Shown piece after piece: positions 39,246 to 46,270 of a stretch of 64,000 bases of DNA. Numbering within the stretch: the stretch's first letter is position 1; every line of letters starts with the position of its first letter. Position numbers and translations under genes: made by a program. The notes beneath the pieces were generated by a model. It did not search any database. It saw only the letters and a program-made list of their open reading frames with translations, and was not told the DNA's origin. Where the stretch lies: positions 22,181 through 86,180 of the IMG/VR virus record IMGVR_UViG_3300016670_000048; one strand, given 5' to 3'. This DNA comes from a virus (Duplodnaviria > Caudoviricetes).

Positions 39246-40754
39246 TTAAAAGCTGAATTCATTTGATTTTGTCATGCTGGGCATGGAGAAGGTTGGGACT
39301 TGGAATTTCTGTGCTAGTTGCATATAACCAAGAGAACAACAATCGACCATATCGTCGTGGCCCAGTTCGCCGCTTTTCCGGGTCCCATCAAAATTCTCTA
39401 ACTCCTTGTAAAAGAAATCGTTAGAGTTTGTGATGTTGTTCCAAAGGTCGTTTGCACAGTTGGTTACGATGGAAACAACACCTAATTCAACAGAAGCTGC
39501 GAAAGGTCTGAACGAATCCAACTTACCAGCAGGAGAGCGCCTAACTTTAGCAACAATTCCCATTTCATTAAGAGACTTGGCAATCATACTAGTTGCTGCT
39601 TTAGCTGCGGCGTTCGGATCTTCAGGAAGAATAACTTCTACAGCCCTACCATCTCTTTCCGAGTTCTCAACGATGTGTTTTACCCAATTACCAAAAGTAA
39701 TTCGTGTCCTTGTAATATCAAGGATTACATAATCACCGGTCTTGAGTTTACCCATCTTCACAGAAGCAAAGTAGTCGGGAGACCTGTTTTGATCATGGGG
39801 AAGAGTGCCTGCAAAATCGTAAGCTCGAACAATTCTTACGAAGTCTGTATGAGGTGGGGGTGCAGTCAATTCTATTAAATCTGCCCGGTCAAAGTACGAC
39901 GAATTATCGGGCCTTGCGAACCAATTGCCCCATCTAAGCCTTTCACAATCTAGCTTAGGAAGAGCTTCCAAATTTTTCTTGTAGCTGGGATTGGACAAAT
40001 TTAACGGTGGGTTATCTTCAATTGTACCAAAGAGACCTTGAAAGCTAATTGGTTCTATTTGGTCTTTATGATCAGCAGGTAGATCTGGATTGCCGTACTT
40101 TTCAATCATCTCTTCTCTGGTATCTCCCCAGACAAGATCACCATTGATTCGGAGCAAAAATCTGATTACACCATTTTTCTCTGGGTCAGGTCGACCGGCC
40201 AATGGGTGATGTTCGGGGTAGAGCCACCACATGGCATACTTAAGCACCCAACTCGCGTTGTCTGGGTTACACGACCACCACATCGAGTGTATATTATCTG
40301 CATCAGAACGGAGACGTGACCAGAGCCACCACAATTGTTCTTCATTTTCTGCGTGAGTTACCTCATCATAGAAAATGTTTGAAATTTGAATACCCTGATA
40401 TTTCTTAGCTGCGTTATCATTCTCGTAGTGAGAAAAGCTAACTTCCGCCCCGCTAGAAAAGACCAGTTTTTGATCTTTAAGACGAATCTTTAAATTGGGA
40501 TCAAACTGGCTATAAAGTTTCACAGCTTCTTGGAACAAACCACCAGAAGCCATGATTGCACTAGAGTTCTTTCGAATACAATAAGCTTTATAATTTGGAT
40601 CGTGGGCAAAGCGGAGGTGACGCATTAATCCTACGTAACTCTTTGAACTTCCTGCTGCGCCGCCCACCAAAATAATCTGGGCGTCGGAGTTGAGGTATTT
40701 TTGCTGGAACTCCGACGCTGGGCCTATAACAACTTCATCTGGTTTTAGTTTCAA
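39246..40754 (-). CDS. terminase large subunit
   Basis: Walker A GGAAGSSKS, Walker B IFYDE, CNPD, HDDMVD nuclease motif. Confidence 0.95.
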   Translation of the reverse strand: MKLKPDEVVIGPASEFQQKYLNSDAQIILVGGAAGSSKSYVGLMRHLRFAHDPNYKAYCIRKNSSAIMASGGLFQEAVKLYSQFDPNLKIRLKDQKLVFSSGAEVSFSHYENDNAAKKYQGIQISNIFYDEVTHAENEEQLWWLWSRLRSDADNIHSMWWSCNPDNASWVLKYAMWWLYPEHHPLAGRPDPEKNGVIRFLLRINGDLVWGDTREEMIEKYGNPDLPADHKDQIEPISFQGLFGTIEDNPPLNLSNPSYKKNLEALPKLDCERLRWGNWFARPDNSSYFDRADLIELTAPPPHTDFVRIVRAYDFAGTLPHDQNRSPDYFASVKMGKLKTGDYVILDITRTRITFGNWVKHIVENSERDGRAVEVILPEDPNAAAKAATSMIAKSLNEMGIVAKVRRSPAGKLDSFRPFAASVELGVVSIVTNCANDLWNNITNSNDFFYKELENFDGTRKSGELGHDDMVDCCSLGYMQLAQKFQVPTFSMPSMTKSNEFSF

Positions 40755-41645
40755 TTAACTTCCCTCACTATGAAATTCCACCCACTCCTTATCGTAATGA
40801 GGAATCCAATTTTCTCGGAACATTTCAACTAATTTATCAAAATGAAATCTAGGGTATTCTACATTTTCTAACTTAGAACAAATAGTGGCAAAAGAATAGG
40901 CTTTTGGCTTATCGTTCTCAATCCAGATATTGTAATAATTTGCGGCCATTGCCCATACCCTTGCTCGGGCTGGTCTTGCTAAGGCTGCACTTTTCTGCCA
41001 AGGTTTTAAGGATTTCTGGTACTCAGACAATTGAGCTTTTTGCTCTTCTGAAATAACCTTACCTATCTGAGCCAACCTAGATTTTTCAACAGCTTCTGGC
41101 GATCTTTTCTTACCTCGAAAAGCATCTCCAATCTTCTTTCTGGCAGACTCTGGAACTGTCCAACCGGAAGCAATTAGTTCTTGTCGCTTTGCACTTATCT
41201 TACTTTTAGTCTCTTCAGAAACTTTATGACCCATCATTTTCTGCCTACCTTTTTCGATAGACTCTGTTGTTCTTTTATGACCAGTTAGTGTTTGACGAAT
41301 CTTCTCTTTTGTTTCTTCAGAGACAACCCTATTACTCATAAACTCTGCTTTAGCAATCTTAGCTTTCTCAACTTCACGAGAAGTAAGAATACCTTTATGA
41401 GAATTTACAGTGCGTGCATAAGCCCACATCAAACTATAGTTATCAGGATTAGCTTTCCACAAAAGACGATGTGCAATCACATGCTCTCTAGGGGTAAACA
41501 GAACAAAGTTGGAATTTTTATCAGAACCACCGAGACATTTGGGGATAATGTGGTGTTTTTCAAAATAACCATCTAAGACTTTCTTATCTAAACCTCTAGC
41601 AACACACTTATCAACTAGAGCATTATAAATTTTCTGATAATTCAA
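40755..41645 (-). CDS. HNH homing endonuclease with NUMOD3 repeats
   Basis: EKHHIIPKCLGGSD...N...REHVIAHRLL; SEETKxKI repeats. Confidence 0.92.
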   Translation of the reverse strand: MNYQKIYNALVDKCVARGLDKKVLDGYFEKHHIIPKCLGGSDKNSNFVLFTPREHVIAHRLLWKANPDNYSLMWAYARTVNSHKGILTSREVEKAKIAKAEFMSNRVVSEETKEKIRQTLTGHKRTTESIEKGRQKMMGHKVSEETKSKISAKRQELIASGWTVPESARKKIGDAFRGKKRSPEAVEKSRLAQIGKVISEEQKAQLSEYQKSLKPWQKSAALARPARARVWAMAANYYNIWIENDKPKAYSFATICSKLENVEYPRFHFDKLVEMFRENWIPHYDKEWVEFHSEGS

Positions 41646-41647
41646 AC

Positions 41648-42289
41648 TTAAACACTCCCAAACTGAATCTTCATCCGTTCGGGAATTGCTTGCACTACCA
41701 ATTCTTTATAGCGATTTCGATCACCTTCGAACAAGAAGTTTTCTTCAATTGTCCCAGTGATATGTTTTACAGAATCACAGAAGCCAACAACACGACCATT
41801 AACTTTATCCAAAAGATTAGCTTTATTAGCCCAAGAGTCATCTTTCTCAAGATTCTCAATTGAGTCGATAACAACCATCTGCTTGGCTCGGAACAAATGA
41901 GCTAGTACAAAGTCTTTTGAAATGTTGGCATCGAACAGCATCAAGTCACGAGCAAGACCTTGGGTCTTTGCAATACAGTTATCACCACATGCAATAAACT
42001 TAATCTTTGAACCATTCCTCAATGTTGCAATTGCAGACTTTTCAGAGTAGCGAATATCTGAACCAAACATTTTTAGCATGTATTCTTTAACACTGCCAGC
42101 ACGATTAATATGAAACCATGTTGGAACTAAGAATGTCACATTGATATCTTGGTTATCAGAAGCTACTTGCCAAGCTTTCATAAGCAAGGCTGTAGTTGCA
42201 CCTGCTCCGGGCTCTGCTGTAATAACCGTGAGCTTCTCGTTTGATTCAAGAAGCTCTTTCTGCATCTTTGTTGCAAATACAACTGACAT
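41648..42289 (-). CDS. degenerate terminase-ATPase paralog
   Basis: Colinear with TerL N-terminal domain but Walker A is GAGAT and Walker B is LFDA. Confidence 0.7.
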   Translation of the reverse strand: MSVVFATKMQKELLESNEKLTVITAEPGAGATTALLMKAWQVASDNQDINVTFLVPTWFHINRAGSVKEYMLKMFGSDIRYSEKSAIATLRNGSKIKFIACGDNCIAKTQGLARDLMLFDANISKDFVLAHLFRAKQMVVIDSIENLEKDDSWANKANLLDKVNGRVVGFCDSVKHITGTIEENFLFEGDRNRYKELVVQAIPERMKIQFGSV

Positions 42290-42328
42290 AGCGTCTTACT
42301 CCATAGCGGATTGATTAAATTGTATTAC

Positions 42329-42667
42329 TTAAACTTTCGCATTAGCTTCCAAGAAATCTCGGATCATTTGATTTTTATCTCTGCCTGTAATCCCACGAGT
42401 GGCTACAATAGGTCGTAGATCTTCAATCCGCATTTCTTGCAAAACTTCTTTCGTCCAATTCTCGTGGACAATCACAACTTCAACACTAGGCTCTGACTTA
42501 AGAAACTCTTCAGTCTCAATAACCATCACACACGCGTGAGGATAATCATTGTAGAATCGTTCTTTCTTGTCTAGCTCAGCACCTTTCTTAGCGTACTTGA
42601 TAATGTTGTCAATAAAGTTATGACCGTAATAATCTTGACTTGTAATAAGCAATTTGTACTTGTTCAT
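42329..42667 (-). CDS. hypothetical protein (C-terminal HeH/Rho-N-like segment)
   Basis: GGAG RBS; EDLRPIVATRGITGRDKNQMI. Confidence 0.7.
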   Translation of the reverse strand: MNKYKLLITSQDYYGHNFIDNIIKYAKKGAELDKKERFYNDYPHACVMVIETEEFLKSEPSVEVVIVHENWTKEVLQEMRIEDLRPIVATRGITGRDKNQMIRDFLEANAKV

Positions 42668-42917
42668 AATTTCTCTCCGTTTGTTCTCAATTCATAAAAG
42701 AGATATTACGCTACGTAACAGTAGTTTGTCAAGCTTTCTTAAAAATAATTATCAATTAACTAAAAATAAATGCCAACTCTACCACCTACCCGTAAGTTGA
42801 CTCTCAGACTCTAAGATTAAGTCTGCCTTCTCCACTCGATAGCTTACCTATCAGCATTGGAACTAGACCTCCGCCAGAAGGTCTTGGGTTTCCGAACTAG
42901 GCAGCTCAGAAATTCTT

Positions 42918-43328
42918 TCAGTCTTTCTTTTCTACAGGCTCATCAAACGTCAACTTCAATCGAGGAACAAGCTTCACAATCTCAGCAGCTTCTTGCTGCT
43001 CATCTTCGTCGTCATCCGAACGCTTACCTTCTATACGGATCTTAGTCAGACTAGCCTCTTCACTAGCTGCGGCACGGTCCAAAGCAATGATGCTAGAAAC
43101 GATCCACTTCGAACTGTCCAACTGTTGAGTTTCTACTTTCTCACCTTCCACACTCTTCTTGATATTCTCAAGTGCAGTTGGTTGAATCTTACGTAGTTCT
43201 TCAGCGGTTTCACGAAGCTTAGACTTCTGGATGCGAATTTTTGAATTTGATTTCGTATTTCTATTGCTTTTCTCACCATCAAAACGATGAGCCTTCTGTG
43301 CTGCTGTTTGTTCTTTTTTGTTAGCCAT
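42918..43328 (-). CDS. probable terminase small subunit
   Basis: First gene of the packaging module; HRFDGEKS N-terminus, helical body. Confidence 0.6.
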   Translation of the reverse strand: MANKKEQTAAQKAHRFDGEKSNRNTKSNSKIRIQKSKLRETAEELRKIQPTALENIKKSVEGEKVETQQLDSSKWIVSSIIALDRAAASEEASLTKIRIEGKRSDDDEDEQQEAAEIVKLVPRLKLTFDEPVEKKD

Positions 43329-43382
43329 AATTAAATACCTATAATTTCAAGATCGCACTCAAGGTAGCGTATCACCTGAAAA

Positions 43383-43590
43383 TTTCTTAAATTCTATCAA
43401 CAGGACATACCTGCAATATACTAAGAAGTAAGGATAGAATTTAAGAAATGACCCTGTTATATTGCCTATAAAATATAGGAGAGGATACGTTACAGGCACA
43501 AGGTCAATAGCGAAATAAAGGAGGAGAGAACTTTATACGCTTAATGTCCGGCATAGAGGAGGAAGACGCCGGGAGGAAACACACCTTTCT
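43383..43590 (-). ncRNA. hairpin array with CU-rich (anti-SD-like) loops
   Basis: Four stem-loops including a perfect 16-bp stem; loops CUUCCUCCUCU, UUCUCUCCUC. Confidence 0.55.
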
Positions 43591-43622
43591 AGGATTTGAT
43601 CTTCGTGGTGTGGTGAAACTAA

Positions 43623-43707
43623 TTTGAAGTATCACGCTTTTCACGGGGCTGCCAGTAATCATTCTCTGACCCGGTATCGACTTCGGGGCTTTCGCCTATA
43701 CTTCAAA
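43623..43707 (-). ncRNA. structured RNA unit C (unknown class)
   Basis: 10-bp closing stem UUUGAAGUAU/AUACUUCAAA enclosing GGC-GAAA-GCC and further hairpins. Confidence 0.55.
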
Positions 43708-43710
43708 ACT

Positions 43711-43787
43711 TGGTGGGTCCATCCAGACTTGAACTGGAAATCAACGAATTATGAGTTCGCTGCATTAACCAATTATGCTACAGACCC
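43711..43787 (-). tRNA. tRNA with CAT anticodon (Ile2 or elongator Met), CCA encoded
   Basis: GGGTCTG/TGGACCC acceptor, CTCATAA loop, GTTCAAG T-loop, ACCA end. G1-C72 and no GGG/CCC anticodon stem, so not an initiator. Confidence 0.93.
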
Positions 43788-43790
43788 TAG

Positions 43791-43900
43791 ATTAGTTCCG
43801 CATGTGCGGGAAAGTCCACGTTCTTCCAAACTCTATAACGTTACGGTTGTAGGACTGACTTGCGCCTTGAAGACATAACCACTGTTTTGAGTAAACTAAT
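43791..43900 (-). ncRNA. structured RNA unit B (unknown class)
   Basis: Closing stem AUUAGUUU/GAACUAAU, GGC-GCAA-GUC hairpin, possible pseudoknot AGUCC/GGACU. Confidence 0.5.
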
Positions 43901-43925
43901 GATCTGTTTCTTATCAGGCGACTTT

Positions 43926-44011
43926 ATCTGGAAAGTCACATTACCACTACCAAATTAGGAGGCCAATATTGGTTTAGGCACAGATGTTCTTTCGGAGCAT
44001 CCCTTCCAGAT
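43926..44011 (-). ncRNA. structured RNA unit A (three-way junction, GAAA tetraloop plus receptor)
   Basis: 10-bp closing stem, C-GAAA-G loop, GCCUAAACC...GGUAGU receptor. Confidence 0.6.
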
Positions 44012-44155
44012 TTAAACCCACTCTTCTTCATTAGTAATTTCGTCACAACCGATATCAAGATATTCAAACATCTCTTGTGCAGAGCTAAACCGAATAAGGT
44101 TTTCACCACGATCAGTTGCATCCATCACTTCTTGAGTTTTGGTATTTGGAATCAT
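44012..44155 (-). CDS. 47-aa peptide resembling the DinJ/RelB antitoxin C-terminus
   Basis: AGGAG RBS; MIPNTKTQEVMDATDRGENLIRFSSAQEMFEYLDIGCDEITNEEEWV; absent from ORF track because of size. Confidence 0.7.
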   Translation of the reverse strand: MIPNTKTQEVMDATDRGENLIRFSSAQEMFEYLDIGCDEITNEEEWV

Positions 44156-44193
44156 TTTATTTCTCCTATGTTCGCATCGTTTTCACATTACCT

Positions 44194-44221
44194 ATTATAC
44201 AGACTTATTTCCGATTGTCAA
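44194..44221 (-). promoter_or_regulatory. consensus sigma70 promoter
   Basis: TTGACA-16-TATAAT. Confidence 0.85.
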
Positions 44222-44326
44222 CTAATATCTTTCATTTTGTTATAAAAGAATATTAACTATCAGAATCTGTAAATGTATGCTCTATACAACATTGTAACAT
44301 TATTACATTCTATTTGCAACTACTTT

Positions 44327-44518
44327 CTATTCAGAATAAGTCTCTGGAACGTAGAAAGGGTCACACTGATCTTCGAATGTATAGGTACGCGGTTCAAATT
44401 GATCGATGTTATAAACAACAGTTAGGCAGCTAGCACAGAAGTCTTCTTCACTGCCGTCATCTTGTTTCATTTTAAAATTCCTCCACGAAAGAGGCACATT
44501 ACAGCAACGACACCTCAT
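44327..44518 (-). CDS. small zinc-finger protein
   Basis: CRCC...CASC; AGGA RBS. Confidence 0.7.
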   Translation of the reverse strand: MRCRCCNVPLSWRNFKMKQDDGSEEDFCASCLTVVYNIDQFEPRTYTFEDQCDPFYVPETYSE

Positions 44519-44550
44519 CGGAGGATTCCTTTAATTAAGTTCAGAAGACT

Positions 44551-44579
44551 AATGTATCAAATAAATATCTAAAAAGCAA
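44551..44579 (-). promoter_or_regulatory. possible sigma70 promoter
   Basis: TTGCTT-17-TACATT. Confidence 0.45.
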
Positions 44580-44595
44580 GTGTTTGCGAAAATAA

Positions 44596-45576
44596 TTATA
44601 AAATTCTTATTCCTCCCATTTCAGAAAAGATATTCATAACTTGGTCTAAGTAAATAGTGTAGCAAATCTCCGACCAACCTGACTCAGAAGTATCCATTTC
44701 TAATAAACCCCTAGGGATAAGATCTTTACATTTTCTTTCCGCAGCCTTGCACTCTGCAATAGTCCCATACTCGTATATGGCAAACAGCTCATGCCTGTAC
44801 TGGGAATTATAGTTGTGTTGTATAAGTCTGTTTCTAGAGTTTTTAGATATTCCAAATTTAATAGCTACTGGAACCTGTTCATCATACATCAGATTAATAT
44901 ATGATTCTGTTTGCCTATGAAATGCACAAGAACAACCAACTTGACCCCTCTGCAAGTGTCCTTGCTGGCTTTCATATACATCTCCACACCTATCGCAAGT
45001 TATTTGCCAATAAACACACTGACCTCTCTTAGTTGTCCTGTCTATTCGTTTAAACTTGGTTTCGCTTCCAAAAGAACCTGACTCCATAAAAGATTTAATC
45101 ATAATACTTTCTGGTTTAATATTAAACTTTCTAGCAGCAGCCATTCCCTTGATATCTCTACAATTGATACATCCACGCTCTGCACTCCAAAGCATTGATA
45201 ACTCAAGTGACCAAGTATGGTTACACTTTGTACAGGATAAATTACAACGGGAGCTGGAGCCTGTATAGGGTTGGATTATGCCACAAAACCTATGTCCTGC
45301 ATTTTTAGCGGATCTTTGACTTTTAACTATAGCTTGTTGTTCTGTCCAAATAACTTTTCCTGCACAACCACAAAACAATGCACCCTTTAAGTAATTTTGT
45401 TTGTCTGTATAAAATAAAGAATCACCAAATAATTCTGTGTCAAAGGAACAAACATTGCACTTGAATATATAATCTGTTCTTTTATTATTTCTAACTGTAC
45501 CTATGTATCTGTATCTACCTGAATCTTGTAATTTATAGTCTTTCTTTATGTCTTGAATTGATCCACTGTAAATCAT
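44596..45576 (-). CDS. putative homing endonuclease, zinc-ribbon repeat family
   Basis: FKCNVC, CTKC...W, CDRCG repeats; C-terminal AIKFGISKNSRNRL. Confidence 0.72.
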   Translation of the reverse strand: MIYSGSIQDIKKDYKLQDSGRYRYIGTVRNNKRTDYIFKCNVCSFDTELFGDSLFYTDKQNYLKGALFCGCAGKVIWTEQQAIVKSQRSAKNAGHRFCGIIQPYTGSSSRCNLSCTKCNHTWSLELSMLWSAERGCINCRDIKGMAAARKFNIKPESIMIKSFMESGSFGSETKFKRIDRTTKRGQCVYWQITCDRCGDVYESQQGHLQRGQVGCSCAFHRQTESYINLMYDEQVPVAIKFGISKNSRNRLIQHNYNSQYRHELFAIYEYGTIAECKAAERKCKDLIPRGLLEMDTSESGWSEICYTIYLDQVMNIFSEMGGIRIL

Positions 45577-45624
45577 CTTACTCTCTTTCTTGTATTAAAT
45601 ATTATTTATATTGTATTAGATTTA

Positions 45625-46078
45625 CATTTCAACTGAGTTCAGATAGGAACTTCAGATAAAGAAATACCTTACCCAGCCATACAAAGCCAACGCTCTGCCT
45701 AAGACCGAGTAACGTACCTTATCTGATAGCTCTATCTGCCTCTGTCCGTTATTAGCAATTAAATTGCCTTTCAACTTGAGACGAGATTTAGTGAGTGAAT
45801 AAATCACTCTATGGTCTACACGGACAAACGTAGCCACCTTCAGGACAATGACACTAATAACGCATTGTCTCAACACATTGCATATCGCACGACTTTATTA
45901 GAATCGTTAGGGAGGTAGTGTTTTTCAGTTTACCTTGCAGACTGTCCCATCACTCACAGTAGTCCGCTTGTTTAAGAAAGAAGCTGCCATCTCACACAGG
46001 AAGCGTTAGCCACCATGTTAACCGACCTTCAATCCGATCCTTAATCCAATGTGCTTTCGCTTAGAGTTTTAAGGAGTG
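45625..46078 (-). ncRNA. large structured non-coding RNA, unknown class (~450 nt)
   Basis: Two upstream promoters, no credible ORF, more than ten helices with G-U pairs favouring the minus strand. Confidence 0.6.
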
Positions 46079-46083
46079 CATCA

Positions 46084-46111
46084 ATTATACAGAATTATAG
46101 AAGTAGAGCAA
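46084..46111 (-). promoter_or_regulatory. sigma70-like promoter for the large RNA
   Basis: TTGCTC-16-TATAAT. Confidence 0.65.
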
Positions 46112-46152
46112 GAGATTTATTTAACTCTTTAATTTTACTAGCTATTCATCTT

Positions 46153-46181
46153 ATACTAACATGGATTTTCAAATAAAGCAA
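46153..46181 (-). promoter_or_regulatory. second, upstream sigma70-like promoter
   Basis: TTGCTT-17-TAGTAT. Confidence 0.5.
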
Positions 46182-46270
46182 GCCCTTTCGTCTTTTTTTG
46201 ATCCATCATCACCAAAATAATCCCTATTCCAAATCAACCTAACCAAACCTAAATTATTTTAGCAATCCGC

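Noticed and set aside
41648-42289. N-terminal exon of a terminase split by the HNH gene
   Set aside because: TerL at 39246..40754 already has a complete ATPase domain and no intron core surrounds the HNH gene
43623-43707. Theta (HDV-like) ribozyme at the tRNA 3' end
   Set aside because: Folds as a multibranch closed by a terminal helix; no nested double pseudoknot starting at the tRNA end
43806-43820. RNase P RNA from GGGAAAGTCC on the + strand
   Set aside because: No CR-V partner or RNase P-sized fold; wrong strand relative to local transcription
43926-44011. Canonical c-di-GMP-I riboswitch
   Set aside because: Only the tetraloop and receptor match; ligand-binding junction and expression platform are absent
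43936-44121. 61-aa minus-strand ORF and 84-aa plus-strand ORF (43624..43878) in the RNA island
   Set aside because: No RBS; they overlap the DinJ-like ORF, the tRNA or structured RNAs in other frames or strands
45935-45967. Second group I intron (GGACUA...GACAGUCU)
   Set aside because: Only about 15 nt between R-like and S-like elements, no P/Q elements and no flanking exons; reads as a simple hairpin
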